Numbered from the stretch's first letter, positions 19,864 through 30,580 are shown. The stretch is DNA of 64,000 bases from an uncultured delta proteobacterium (GCA_963850305.1 CAWKKR010000008.1:544001-608000), one strand, 5' to 3'. Program-made: numbers and translations. Notes: a model not told the origin generated them from the sequence alone.

Positions 19864-20796
19864 GTGAGCTTTTCCAGCTTCGACATGAATACGTTCGGCG
19901 ACCTTTCATCGCAGACCATCGTCATCACCGGAGCGAACAGCGGCATCGGCTTTGCCGCAGCGATGCTGCTCGCCCGAAGTGGCGCTCGCGTCGTTCTCGG
20001 GTGCAGGGACGCTGAACGCGGCGAATCGGCCGCGTCCCGGATTCGAGCGGCTGCACCGCGCGGAACAGTGGACCTGCTCGCCCTCGACCTAGCGTCGCTC
20101 GCCTCGATTCGCGCGGCGGCCACGACCGTCCTCGACCGGTACCCGACGGTCGACGTGCTGATCAACAATGCGGGGGTCATGGCCATTCCGCGGCGTGTCA
20201 CCGCGGACGGCTTCGAGATGCAACTCGGCACGAACCACCTCGGGCACTTTGCGCTGACGGGGTTGGTGCTCCCGTCCCTGCTCAGGGCAAAGAGCGCGCG
20301 GGTCGTGAGCGTCTCGAGCGCGCTCCACGCGCGAGGTCGAATGGACTTCGACGATCTGCAGGGTGAACGTCACTACGACAAGTGGGCCGCGTACAGCCAA
20401 TCGAAGCTTGCCAATTTGCTCTTCGCTTATGAGCTCGAGCGCCGCCTCCGCCGCGCGAACACCACCGTATCGAGTCTCGGATGCCACCCGGGCTACGCCG
20501 CGACGGAGCTCCAGCACCGCGGTCCGAGCATGGAAGGCTCGGTGCTGATGAGCGCAATCATGACGATCGGAAATCGACTCTTGGCGCAGTCCGCGGAAGC
20601 TGGCGCGTGGCCGACCGTCTTCGCGGCGGTCTCCCCCGAGGCCACCGGGGGCGACTACATCGGCCCGATGGGTCTCAGGAACATGCGCGGGCGTCCCGGT
20701 CGTCAGCGCTCGACTCGACGCTCCCACGACGAGGGGCAAGCGAAGCAGCTATGGGAGCGGTCGGAGCAGCTCACGAAGGTGAGCTTCCCGCTCTGA
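19864..20796 (+). CDS. Short-chain dehydrogenase/reductase (retinol-DH-like)
   Basis: ITGANSGIG, INNAG, NHLGHF, YSQSK. Confidence 0.95.
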   Translation: MSFSSFDMNTFGDLSSQTIVITGANSGIGFAAAMLLARSGARVVLGCRDAERGESAASRIRAAAPRGTVDLLALDLASLASIRAAATTVLDRYPTVDVLINNAGVMAIPRRVTADGFEMQLGTNHLGHFALTGLVLPSLLRAKSARVVSVSSALHARGRMDFDDLQGERHYDKWAAYSQSKLANLLFAYELERRLRRANTTVSSLGCHPGYAATELQHRGPSMEGSVLMSAIMTIGNRLLAQSAEAGAWPTVFAAVSPEATGGDYIGPMGLRNMRGRPGRQRSTRRSHDEGQAKQLWERSEQLTKVSFPL

Positions 20797-20811
20797 ATCA
20801 CTTCGCCAGGT

Positions 20812-23199
20812 TCAAGCCACGGGACTCGGGTCTCCGGGAGAGCTCGCCCCGACCGCTCCCGGTGCACCCGGCCGCCAGGCGTCGCGGGCCAGCGCGACGA
20901 AGATCACGAGATACCCGATGAGCGCACCCCAGCTCCATTGCGCGTAGCGCTCGTCGACCCCCAGCGCATCGAACCCCCAGTACTCGCTCACGCAGATGGC
21001 GAGCACGACGGCCGAGACGAGCCCCCATAGCTTCTGGTTCCGCCGGTCGTCCGTGTAGTCAACCATGAGCGGCAGCACGAACACGTAGTGGAGATAATAG
21101 TTCGAGGGGTAAAAGTAGATTGGGATCATCATCATCCCGATGAGCGCCGCCTGCCTGAGGTCCCGCAGCCGCGCTGCGGCCAGCGCGAGCGCCGTGAACA
21201 TGGCGATGATCAGGATGTAGAGGGGACGCCTGTCGATGAAGGTCTGAATCTGGTCCGCCGACCAGTCGCCGCCGGTTCGAGACAGCGCACGCAAGGTCTT
21301 CGACGGATCGAACTGGATCAGGGTGCGCAGACCGACGTGATTGATGTTCGGCTGCACGGAGTGGAGCGCGATCTTGTGGCTCCAGTCACCCCACGAATGC
21401 GAAAATCCGAAGACGGCACCCGATAGCCCGAAGAGTACGGCGACACATGCAGCGGCGCCGCCGACGGCCTTGAGCAGGGGACCGGAGCCGGCCACCAGCG
21501 CGTGCATGTCGAGCTTCTCCCCCTTCTTGCGCTTCTCGGCGACGGCGACCAGCAGGGGCGCCACGAGAAAGAAGACGGAGACCGCAGGAAACGCGCGAAT
21601 CATGGCGCCTCCGGCAAGCAGCACTCCACCGAGCACCCAGCGCTCCTTCTTGAGCGCACACACTCCGAGCCCCACCAGCACCATCCAGTCGTTGCGGAGC
21701 GTCGAGCCGGCCCAGTTCGACCCGAACCAAGGGAACGTGCTCGACCCGTACACGATCACGCAGACGAGCGCGGTGCGAAGACCGAACGTCCTCCACGCGG
21801 TGACGAAGAATCCGGCGAGCAACAGCGGATCGAGCAGCGCCGCCCAGAGCAGGGCATTTTCCGACGCCACCGTGTGGCGGAACATCAGAAAGGGCAACAG
21901 GAGCCATGCCGGCGTCGCGTTCCCGCCATGGTCCCGCAGGCTACCGAGGTAACCGCCGGAGCCCATGGTCTGCCAGAAGTAAGACATGTCCCGCTTGAAA
22001 AGCTTCCAGCGCTCGGGCGAAAAGCGGTCCTTGATCGTCGCGACCTGATCTCGAACGGCGTCGACCGTCGTCATGTCGTACGTGCGAAGATCGCGGATCT
22101 CGACGTTCGCGATGCGCCGTTCCGTCGCGCCCGGCGCGTCTTCGAGGTACGCAGCGACGCTCGCGAGATACAATCCGTCGAAGCCGAGTTCGTGGAAGTA
22201 CTTCGCCGTCGGGAAGTAGACACGCATGTCCCACGTGTGGACCCAGGTTTGCCTGCCGTCCTTCACGTCGTCGAACTGCGGCTGCCACATGTTGTAGAAC
22301 GTGGTCATCGCAAGGAACGCCATCGCCGCGAGCGCGCCCGTGATGAACCGGGGACTCGCGTCCTCGGGCCGCCACGCGAGACGGATCACCGCCGCGGCCG
22401 CAACGAACGCCGAGATCGCGCGGAGCGCGTCGATCACGGGTTGCCCGGGAGGCCACCCATTCATCACCGTGCCATACGCCCAGAAGGCGAGCGCTATCGG
22501 GGCCCCGAAGCAAAGCGTTCTCGCCCAGCCCGGAAGCGTCGTGCTGTGAACCAAAAGGGCGAGCGCGGCGACGAATCCGAAGATCAAGCTCTCGACCTCG
22601 CCTGGAAGCAGCGGCCGACGCCCGTCGAGGACGCGAAGAGCCGGCGGCCACACCGATGGCACGCTCTCGAACACTTCGAGCTCGCTCGCGCTCACCGCGG
22701 CGTCGCCACCGTGCGCGGTGAGTTTCAGGTAACGCGCCGTCGCGTCCAGACTTTGACTCTCTCTCGCCCGCATGCCGGCGCCGCGCACGTTCCCCGCCGT
22801 CCAGAGCACGCGGTAGTGCGTGCCGTCGTCGGAGATCGAGAGAAAGAAGTCGTCGTTGTTGTCGCCTTGAAGGTACGCGGCGTGGATGTGCACCGGCCGC
22901 CCGAGATCCCACTCGACCGAGGCGAGCGGAGTCTTGAAGACCGAGGAGAGATCCGTCTGCCAGAAATCTCCGGGCTGGGCGATCGCCCCATCCGTGAGAC
23001 GCAAGGGGTCCGTCACGTCCGAAACGCGAAGCGGCGCGCGCCCGAAAAGCACGTTGCCCGGAATGTTCAGTCCGCCGCGAGAGCACCCCACCGCCACGAG
23101 ACACGCCGCAAGGACGGCAACGACGAGCGCGATCCGGCGTGGCCCCGAGGATGGCATGCGAGCTCGCGGGTTTTGGCCTGCCCCGGGGGGCAACGTCAA
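20812..23199 (-). CDS. Multi-TM protein with discoidin/F5-8-like domain and GT-C-like membrane domain
   Basis: VEWDLG..ISDDG..ARYLKL..ELEVF (discoidin-like), then more than 10 TM helices with WD..YF and NATP motifs. Confidence 0.7.
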   Translation of the reverse strand: MTLPPGAGQNPRARMPSSGPRRIALVVAVLAACLVAVGCSRGGLNIPGNVLFGRAPLRVSDVTDPLRLTDGAIAQPGDFWQTDLSSVFKTPLASVEWDLGRPVHIHAAYLQGDNNDDFFLSISDDGTHYRVLWTAGNVRGAGMRARESQSLDATARYLKLTAHGGDAAVSASELEVFESVPSVWPPALRVLDGRRPLLPGEVESLIFGFVAALALLVHSTTLPGWARTLCFGAPIALAFWAYGTVMNGWPPGQPVIDALRAISAFVAAAAVIRLAWRPEDASPRFITGALAAMAFLAMTTFYNMWQPQFDDVKDGRQTWVHTWDMRVYFPTAKYFHELGFDGLYLASVAAYLEDAPGATERRIANVEIRDLRTYDMTTVDAVRDQVATIKDRFSPERWKLFKRDMSYFWQTMGSGGYLGSLRDHGGNATPAWLLLPFLMFRHTVASENALLWAALLDPLLLAGFFVTAWRTFGLRTALVCVIVYGSSTFPWFGSNWAGSTLRNDWMVLVGLGVCALKKERWVLGGVLLAGGAMIRAFPAVSVFFLVAPLLVAVAEKRKKGEKLDMHALVAGSGPLLKAVGGAAACVAVLFGLSGAVFGFSHSWGDWSHKIALHSVQPNINHVGLRTLIQFDPSKTLRALSRTGGDWSADQIQTFIDRRPLYILIIAMFTALALAAARLRDLRQAALIGMMMIPIYFYPSNYYLHYVFVLPLMVDYTDDRRNQKLWGLVSAVVLAICVSEYWGFDALGVDERYAQWSWGALIGYLVIFVALARDAWRPGAPGAVGASSPGDPSPVA

Positions 23200-23223
23200 G
23201 CGCCGGGGTCGAAGAGGGGAAGG

Positions 23224-24609
23224 TCAGGGGGTCGACGGGTCCATCAAGCTCGGCGTGGGCTCGCCCTCGGGATGCGTGATTTTGGGCCGCGCGATGTTCA
23301 TTTTCACGTCCAGGAGCACCGTTTCGCCGGGCTCGAGTGTCACGGTGCGACGTTCCGCGGGTGCGTTGGGGTGTTCGAGTCGCACGTAGTGCACGCCCGC
23401 GGGCAGGGCGATCGCCTCGGCGAAGGGAGTCGTGTCCACCTCTTCACCATCGACGATCACATGCGCCCACGGGTCCACCACGACGCGCAAATACCCGGCG
23501 TGAGGCGGCACCAGCTCGAGACGTGCCTCGCCCCCGGAGGCCCGCTCTCGACGTGCGACGGCCGACGAGTGCTGGATCGCGGTGCCCCCCGCGACGATGA
23601 GACCGAGCGCGACGAGCTGCCCCGCGAGCGCGGTCCGTACCGTCAGGGGCCGAACGCGATTCGCAGCGACACGCAACGAACCGGGCCGGGCGGGCGTGAT
23701 CGTCGGGTCCGCGACGAGCCCGAGTCGAACGAGCTCGGCCCGAACGGCTTCCGTCGGCGAGCCGAACCCCGCTTCGCCGAGCTCTGCCGCGAGCACCCGC
23801 GCGAGCTCGGCGGCAGTCGAGTGCCGGTCGCCCGGCATCTTCGCGAGACACCTGCGCACGGCACGGTCGAGGGATGCGGACGCACCCGCGACAATCCGGC
23901 CCGGCGGCAACGCCGAATCACGACGCCCCCTGCGAACCCCACGGCCTTCGCCGTCGAAGGGACGCTGTCCGGTCAGCATCTCGAAGAGCACGATTCCGAG
24001 TGAGTAGAGATCACTTCGGGCGTCCTCGGGTTCGCCCAGGAGCTGCTCCGGGGACATGTACGCTGGCGTGCCGAAGCCGGCGCTGCCCTCGAGTAGCTCC
24101 GGCGCCGTCGGCAAACGCTCATCGGCCGCGGCGGCGAAGTTGGCCAGCTTGACGACTCCCGCCTGCGAGACGAGCACGTTATGAGGCTGCAGATCGCGAT
24201 GCACGACGCCGTGCGCGTGAGCGTGACCGAGCGCCTCCGCGACGGACAGCGCGATCGCGACGGCGCCGGCGAGCGAGAGCCTTCCCTTCGCTGCCAGGAT
24301 CTCGTCGAGGGAGAAGCCGTCGACGTACTCGAGGACGAGCCACATCGAAGCCTCGTCGCGCACGAAATCGAGCACCCGGATGACGTTGGGGTGATCGAGC
24401 GCCGTCAGCAGCTTCGCCTCTCTCTCGAGTGCCGACGCGAACGGGGACGTCGGGAGGATGCCGCGGCCGAGAGCTTTGATGAACACCACCCGGCCCAGCG
24501 GCACCTGTTCGGCGCGATAGAAATCCGTCACCGGGCCCGCGCGAAGCTTCGCCTGCACGCGATAGCGCCCGAAATCGGGCTCATCGGTCGGATTCGAAGG
24601 CGGGGTCAT
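23224..24609 (-). CDS. Ser/Thr protein kinase-like protein (probable pseudokinase) with TM and PEGA-like domain
   Basis: HPNVI, HRDLQPHN, GTPAYMSPEQ, DLYSLG; C-terminal PWAHVIVDG..TTP. Confidence 0.9.
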   Translation of the reverse strand: MTPPSNPTDEPDFGRYRVQAKLRAGPVTDFYRAEQVPLGRVVFIKALGRGILPTSPFASALEREAKLLTALDHPNVIRVLDFVRDEASMWLVLEYVDGFSLDEILAAKGRLSLAGAVAIALSVAEALGHAHAHGVVHRDLQPHNVLVSQAGVVKLANFAAAADERLPTAPELLEGSAGFGTPAYMSPEQLLGEPEDARSDLYSLGIVLFEMLTGQRPFDGEGRGVRRGRRDSALPPGRIVAGASASLDRAVRRCLAKMPGDRHSTAAELARVLAAELGEAGFGSPTEAVRAELVRLGLVADPTITPARPGSLRVAANRVRPLTVRTALAGQLVALGLIVAGGTAIQHSSAVARRERASGGEARLELVPPHAGYLRVVVDPWAHVIVDGEEVDTTPFAEAIALPAGVHYVRLEHPNAPAERRTVTLEPGETVLLDVKMNIARPKITHPEGEPTPSLMDPSTP

Positions 24610-24674
24610 GAGCGCCGGGAGACTATATCCGTTCCAGAGTCCGCACTTTTGAACTAACCCTCCCTACCTGAGCG

Positions 24675-26576
24675 ATGGACTCCGAGGCGGTTCCGAAGCG
24701 CCCGTCGCGCAAGTTCTCCGATCGGGCACGCGCGGTCGCCGCGAAGGTCGCAGGGTACTTTGCCCATCGCGATCCGACCGTGCGCGACGCGTTCGGGCCG
24801 GCCCTCGTCGTCTCCATGCTCCTCTTCCTTCGGAGCCCGGCGAGCAACTACATCTTCGACGAGCAGGAAGCGCTGCTCGCGAACCCGTTCGTCAACGGCA
24901 AGGTTCCGTTCAGGGACATCCTCTCGCGCGACTTCTGGGGCTTGCCGCACGACCGAAGTATCGGGTCCTACCGGCCATTGCCGAACCTCGTGTGGCGGGC
25001 GCTCTGGCAGCTGGGTCCGGTCTTCCAGCACCCGTGGACCTTACACTTCGTCAATATCCTCGTGCACGCGCTGAACGCGGCGTGCGTCGCGCGGATCGCG
25101 TTCGGTCTGACGCGGCAACGTTCCGCGTCGTGGCTCGCCGGTGCGGCGTTCGTCACGTTCGCGGTCCTGACCGAAGCCGTCACGGGTGTCGTCGGCATCG
25201 CGGACGTGTTCGGCGCGCTGGGCCTCTTGCTTGCCGTGCTCGCTCTCGAAAAGTCGCTGCCGACGATGACCGTTGCCGTGTTCGCGTCGGTCTCGCTCGG
25301 ACTCTTCAGCAAGGAGAGCACGCTCGTCGCGCTGCCGATCGTCGCCTGGGTCGCCCTCGTCGCGGCGCCGATACACCACCGCGAGCGTCCGCTCCGCGTC
25401 GCGCGCAGTCTCGCAGCGTTCGTGGCGGCGGCGCTCGCGCTCGTCTTGTACGCGGAGACGCGACGGCACTTCTTCCCGAGCGAGCCGCCCGCGGCTCTGG
25501 GGCCCGGGGGGCAGGCGTCGCGGATCGCTCGCGGGTTCCACGCGTTCCTGAAGTGGTTCGACCAACCGAAGCTGCCTCAGGATCCAGTGAACAACCCTTT
25601 CATCCTGGCGGACCTGCCGCATCGAGTGGCCGGCGCACTCCGCGTGTACGCGAGCGGCGTGGGCCAGGTATTTCTCCCCCTGACGCTGAGCGGCGATTAC
25701 TCCTACGCCGCGGAACCCGTCCCCACCCGTCTCTTCACGGCGCGTTCGATCGCGGGCGGCCTGCTGCTGCTCGGGCCTCCGCTCGTCGGCGTGGGAGCGT
25801 GGCTCTCGGCGCTGGTCTCGGAGTACCGCGGCGTGCTCGGCGGCGCGCGCACGCGGCTGATCGTGGCAATCGCCTGCGTCTGGGCGCCCGTCGCTTACTT
25901 TCCGCACTCGAACATCCCCGTGACGCTCCCGACCGTCCGCGCGGAGCGCTTCTGGTACTTGCCCGCCGTCGGCGTCGCGCTCGCGCTCGGGGTCCTGTTC
26001 GCGAATCTGGTCCGCAGATCGCGCTTCTTCGGCGTTCCACGTGGCGGGCTGGCGGTCGTCACGGCGTTCCTGTGCTTCCAGGCGACGCGGGCCCGCATGC
26101 ACGCGTGCGACTACTCGAACGATCTCGTATTCTGGAGAGCAACGGCGCGAGCGGCGCCGCGAAGCGCGAAGGCCCACCTCAACTACGGCGTCATGCTCGG
26201 CGCCCGCGGCGAGCTCGAACCGCGCCTGGTGGAGAATCGACTTGCGATGGAGATCGCGCCGTCGTGGCCCATGGCACACGTGTATTACGCGGACACGCTC
26301 TGTCGCCTGAATCGCACGGACGAGGCCTGGCCACACTACTTGACGGGCATCCGGCTCGCGCCGAACGATCGCAACCTCATCGCGCTTTCGCTCCAGTGTC
26401 TGTGGGAACATCACGCCATCGAGTCGCGGGCCCAGGAACTCATGGACGAGGCGGACGAGCACCCCGGAACGTGGCTATCATACCTGTTCCGCGACATCGT
26501 CGCGAACGGCAAGGAGAACGGCGGCGTGCCGAAGAAGTACCGCCCGCGCGCCTACGACGAAGGTCCGTCGGAGTGA
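24675..26576 (+). CDS. TMTC-like membrane glycosyltransferase with C-terminal TPR
   Basis: FDE, DFWG..SYRPL, SKES, LSGDYS, AERFWYLP, SAKAHLNYG (TPR). Confidence 0.8.
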   Translation: MDSEAVPKRPSRKFSDRARAVAAKVAGYFAHRDPTVRDAFGPALVVSMLLFLRSPASNYIFDEQEALLANPFVNGKVPFRDILSRDFWGLPHDRSIGSYRPLPNLVWRALWQLGPVFQHPWTLHFVNILVHALNAACVARIAFGLTRQRSASWLAGAAFVTFAVLTEAVTGVVGIADVFGALGLLLAVLALEKSLPTMTVAVFASVSLGLFSKESTLVALPIVAWVALVAAPIHHRERPLRVARSLAAFVAAALALVLYAETRRHFFPSEPPAALGPGGQASRIARGFHAFLKWFDQPKLPQDPVNNPFILADLPHRVAGALRVYASGVGQVFLPLTLSGDYSYAAEPVPTRLFTARSIAGGLLLLGPPLVGVGAWLSALVSEYRGVLGGARTRLIVAIACVWAPVAYFPHSNIPVTLPTVRAERFWYLPAVGVALALGVLFANLVRRSRFFGVPRGGLAVVTAFLCFQATRARMHACDYSNDLVFWRATARAAPRSAKAHLNYGVMLGARGELEPRLVENRLAMEIAPSWPMAHVYYADTLCRLNRTDEAWPHYLTGIRLAPNDRNLIALSLQCLWEHHAIESRAQELMDEADEHPGTWLSYLFRDIVANGKENGGVPKKYRPRAYDEGPSE

Positions 26577-26579
26577 CGT

Positions 26580-27542
26580 TCAGCCCGTGCGCATCAGCCA
26601 CACGAGCCCCGCGACGCTGAGCGCGAGCACGATGACGGCGAGCAGCGCGACCAGCACGTCGGTCGGCGTCCATCCCCCGGGCTCTCCCCCCCCCGAGCGT
26701 ATGCGTTCCCCCACGCGCACGTTGCGCGAGGCCGGCGCAGGTCGCGATGCAGGAGCGCTGGCCGCGAGCGGAGGCGAGTTCGGCGGTTCGACGAGCTCGT
26801 TCTCCTTCATGCGCTCGTCTGCCGCGCTCTCGAGCTGGTCCAGGGCCTCGCCGACGGGGTCTTCGTAGACGAGCCGGCTCTTGCCGATGAACACCGATTC
26901 GCCGCGCGGCCACGGGGCCTCTTCCCTGGCGTCGAGCTTGCGCTGGCCGAGCTGCGTTCCATTCTTCGAGCCAAGATCCTTCACCATCACGCGATCGCCA
27001 CGCCTCGAGATCTCGAGATGACGTCGCGATAGATCCGGGTCATCGACGTTCAAGTCGATGTTCGGCGATCGCCCGACCACGTACTCGCGATTCGGCGCGT
27101 CCAGCACCAGCTCCGCGCCCGCTCCTGGGCCCTCGACGACCTCGACGCGCAGCGCGGAGCGCGAGCCTTCCGCGGCGAGCCCGTCCGCCACGAGCGCGAG
27201 CGCGATTTCGCGCGTCGCCATGGGCCCGTTCGCCGTCGGCAGCGCTTGCTCCAGCAGCACCTCGAGCCACACGCGACCGACGCGGACTAGGTCGCCGCTC
27301 TTCACGATGCGCGGCGCCTGCGCGGACAGGCGCACCGGTCCGACGAACGTGCCGTTCGAGCTCCCCTCGTCCATCACGATGTACTCGGAGCCGCGCTGCC
27401 GGAACGATGCATGTCGATGACTCACGCTCGGGTCCGGCAATCGGACCTCGCATCCCTCGCCGCGTCCGACGACGATGCGAGGCGCGTCGAACGTGACGCG
27501 GAGGTTGCCTTCGCCCGAGCGGACGAGGAGGGTGAGAGCCAT
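26580..27542 (-). CDS. Double FHA-domain membrane protein
   Basis: Two GR..S(H/R)RH..S(S/K)NGT motifs; C-terminal TM. Confidence 0.92.
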   Translation of the reverse strand: MALTLLVRSGEGNLRVTFDAPRIVVGRGEGCEVRLPDPSVSHRHASFRQRGSEYIVMDEGSSNGTFVGPVRLSAQAPRIVKSGDLVRVGRVWLEVLLEQALPTANGPMATREIALALVADGLAAEGSRSALRVEVVEGPGAGAELVLDAPNREYVVGRSPNIDLNVDDPDLSRRHLEISRRGDRVMVKDLGSKNGTQLGQRKLDAREEAPWPRGESVFIGKSRLVYEDPVGEALDQLESAADERMKENELVEPPNSPPLAASAPASRPAPASRNVRVGERIRSGGGEPGGWTPTDVLVALLAVIVLALSVAGLVWLMRTG

Positions 27543-27723
27543 GCGGGGGCGGAAGGATTGCCGACCCGCGAGCGTTCTGACAAATCCTCTTGTTTTTGGG
27601 GCACCTCCCGCGTCGCGCGGCGTACCTCGACAGAGGCCTCGAAAGTTGGCCCGGAGGGGGGCTTCGCCTTAGTCGAAAGCCGAGCGGGCTCCCTCGAAAT
27701 GAGGCGGCCCGCCGGAGGAATTC

Positions 27724-29589
27724 ATGGCCGAGACACAGGATCGCCGGGCCCCCGGCGTAAACCGAGTCACCGTCACCCGATCCGTCGACATCTGCGGGCG
27801 CGACGCCACCGTTCCGGCCTTCGAGGCCGAATCCGTCGAGCTCTCCGGCCGCGGCATGCACGTCCGCACGCCGTACTTGCCGCGCCTCGGCGCGCCGCTC
27901 GTCTGCCGCCTCGAGGAAGACGGTCGCGAGATCGTCGTAGAAGGCGTCGTCGCGTGGCAGCGCGACCGCGAGGGCGGCGGCGAGTTCGGAATCCAGTTCA
28001 CCGCGCTCGACAGCGGCAGCGTCGAGGCCCTGAAGGGGATGTGCGGCCTCGACGACGACGCGCGTCCCGGCGCGCCCGCCGCGGCGGAGACCCTGCCGGC
28101 CGCAGCGCCGCCGGCCCCCGCCGGGATGCCCGTGAAGCTTCACATCGACGGCCTCGGCGCGCCGATGAAGGCGCGCGTTCGCGCGGGGAGCACGCGCAAG
28201 GTCCAGGTCGGTTCGAACCTCGAGTTTCTCAAGGTCGGCCGGGGGCTCGAGATCGAGGACGTCGAGCAAGGCGACCGCCGCGGCGCGCGCATCGACGCCG
28301 TCTCGATCGCGATCGACCCCGAGACGCAGGTCCCGCAGCTCGTCGTCGCGCTCCGCTACGACGGCGAGGACGCCACCCCCGAACCGAGCGTCATCGGCGA
28401 CGAGGACGCTTCCGGCGTGGCGCCCATCGAAGCGAGCGAAGCCGCACCGCCCGTGCGCGTCGATGATGATGACGACGACGGTGACGGCGCGGACGACGAG
28501 GAAGAGCCGGCCCTCCGCGGCAAGGTCGACGCTTTCGCCGTGTCCGTCGGAAAGGCCGCGAAGAACACCGGCGAGAAGCTCGCCGGCGCGGGCGGCTCGG
28601 CCGCCGCCGGCTTCGCGAAGTGGGCGAAGGCGAGCGGTTCGAAGCTCGCCGAGCTCGCCGCGCGGCGCAACACGAACAAGCGTCGCTCGACGTCCAGGGC
28701 CGTCTCGGCGGCGCCATCGACGCAGCGACTCCGCCCGCAAAACGGCGAGCGCGAGGCCGCCGAAGCGGGCCCGAGCCGGCGCCAGAAGCTCGTCGCGGGA
28801 GCGAGCGCGAGCGCCATCCTGGTCGTTGCGGTCGGCGCCTTCGCGCTCACCGGGCATTCGAAACACCCGACGCCCCAAGGGACGCCCGCCGCAGCGCCTC
28901 CACCCCTCGCGGTCCTCACTCCGCCGGCAGCTCCCGGTGCCGTCGCGGCAGCCACGCCCGTCCCCGGGACGCCCGTGGTTCCCGGCGCGGTGCCTGGCGC
29001 CGCGCCCGCGGTGAACGCCGCGGGGCCGCACGCCGGCGTCGTCGCGAACGTGCCGCTCTTCGGCCCGACCCCGATGGCGACCCTCGAGCCCGCGCCCCTC
29101 GGTCCCGCGCCGGACGAGATCGCCGCTGCGGCGCCGAAGCCGGCACACGCGACCGAAGAGCGGATGGACGACGACGAGCCCAAATCGTCGAAAGACGAAG
29201 CCTTCAGCGACTCCTCGAGCAAGGATGACGACAAGGCCGAAAAGTCCGAAAAATCGGCCGATGCCAAGGCGGAGAGTGTATCGCCCTGGGGTCAGGGCAA
29301 ACTCCATCTGCCCATCGTTCACCGCATCAAGCTCGACCGACCCGGCGCGGCCATCGAAGGCAAACACGAGGCGGCTGGCTTCAGCATCGTGATCCCGGAC
29401 CGCAAGGTCGAAGGTAGCGGCCTCTCCATCACGAAGCGCGACGACCGCATCTCCGACGTGCGATTCAAGAATGGCCCTTCCGGCGCGCGCATCACCTTCG
29501 TGTTCCGGAGCCGGGTCCCCGGATACAAGGTCCGTCTCCGCAAGAGCTACGTCGAAGTGCTCGTCAGCTCGCCGGGCAGCGCGAAGTAG
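27724..29589 (+). CDS. PilZ-domain membrane protein with Pro-rich linker and AMIN-like C-terminus
   Basis: DRR..ELSGRGM..VAWQR..FGIQFTALD; central TM; C-terminal beta-rich domain. Confidence 0.8.
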   Translation: MAETQDRRAPGVNRVTVTRSVDICGRDATVPAFEAESVELSGRGMHVRTPYLPRLGAPLVCRLEEDGREIVVEGVVAWQRDREGGGEFGIQFTALDSGSVEALKGMCGLDDDARPGAPAAAETLPAAAPPAPAGMPVKLHIDGLGAPMKARVRAGSTRKVQVGSNLEFLKVGRGLEIEDVEQGDRRGARIDAVSIAIDPETQVPQLVVALRYDGEDATPEPSVIGDEDASGVAPIEASEAAPPVRVDDDDDDGDGADDEEEPALRGKVDAFAVSVGKAAKNTGEKLAGAGGSAAAGFAKWAKASGSKLAELAARRNTNKRRSTSRAVSAAPSTQRLRPQNGEREAAEAGPSRRQKLVAGASASAILVVAVGAFALTGHSKHPTPQGTPAAAPPPLAVLTPPAAPGAVAAATPVPGTPVVPGAVPGAAPAVNAAGPHAGVVANVPLFGPTPMATLEPAPLGPAPDEIAAAAPKPAHATEERMDDDEPKSSKDEAFSDSSSKDDDKAEKSEKSADAKAESVSPWGQGKLHLPIVHRIKLDRPGAAIEGKHEAAGFSIVIPDRKVEGSGLSITKRDDRISDVRFKNGPSGARITFVFRSRVPGYKVRLRKSYVEVLVSSPGSAK

Positions 29590-29599
29590 GCGAGAGCGC

Positions 29600-30298
29600 T
29601 CAGCGGCGCTTCAAGGCTTCGATCTCGGCCGCCAGACGCTCGGCCCGCTCGGTCTCGGCCCTGGCCCAAGCCACTTCGGCCTTGAATGCCTCGGACGGCA
29701 TGGGTAACGCCACGCCGTCTCCGTCGATCCATCGAAGCCACGGCGCTTCGACGCTCCACAGAGAAGAAGAGATTGGCGCCAGGGACAGCCCGAGCGCCTC
29801 GCAGCGGAGCCGTCCCTGTTCGTCGAGCGACTTTCTCCGATAGCGTCCGTGCGGCGCGTCGAGCTCGTAACCCTCGAGAACGGCGGAGAACGGATTGTAC
29901 AAGAAGTACTCCCCGACCCTGAGCCGGGCGTAGACGCGCATCTTCTCCCCCCGGTCGACGTGCTCCGTCTGCTCGGAAAGGAGCTCGATGACGACGTCCG
30001 GCACCTGGCCGTTCTCTTCCCAGACGACCCACGCACGCCGTTCCCGTCGCGTCGTGTTCATGACGACGAAGACGTCCGGGCCGCGGAAATCATTGTTCCG
30101 GGCCTGCGTCTCGCTGAAGTAAAGAAACATGTTCCCGCCGACGTAGAAGTCGTCGCGGTCCTGCCAGGCGTACTCGAGTGACTCGATGAGCACGGTCATC
30201 ATCTGGCGGTGCCGCGCCGATTCCATCGGCTCACCGTCGTCGTAAATGAGCTCGTCCGAAGCGGGCGGCCGGACCGGCAATCCGAGCGGTAGCGACAT
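29600..30298 (-). CDS. Uma2-family (PD-(D/E)XK) endonuclease-like protein
   Basis: DDGEPMES..H, GPDVFVV, PDVVIELLS, DRGEK..Y, EYFLYNP. Confidence 0.92.
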   Translation of the reverse strand: MSLPLGLPVRPPASDELIYDDGEPMESARHRQMMTVLIESLEYAWQDRDDFYVGGNMFLYFSETQARNNDFRGPDVFVVMNTTRRERRAWVVWEENGQVPDVVIELLSEQTEHVDRGEKMRVYARLRVGEYFLYNPFSAVLEGYELDAPHGRYRRKSLDEQGRLRCEALGLSLAPISSSLWSVEAPWLRWIDGDGVALPMPSEAFKAEVAWARAETERAERLAAEIEALKRR

Positions 30299-30580
30299 GG
30301 CTGCTCCTCATCGTAGCTCACCCCCATCGGTCCCGCGACAAGCCTGGTTTCGAGATTTGGGATGGCGTCGGGGCGGCGCTCACGCCACGGACGCGGCGCT
30401 CTCCACGGATTGCGACGCGACCCGCGTTCGACGTCGCGTGGCGACGAGAGCTCGCGCGCACGGCGCAATGACGTCCCCGACGACACGCCGGCCGTGCGTA
30501 CGATCTCGAGCGACCAGGCGACGCTCGTGCCAGGCACGTGACACGGAAATCTGACCGAATCTGGCCCCGAATGACAGGCA

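Noticed and set aside
29600..30298. Uma2 nuclease as part of a defence system with the histone
   Set aside because: Uma2 genes are abundant and scattered in such genomes; it is divergent with no methylase or other partner.
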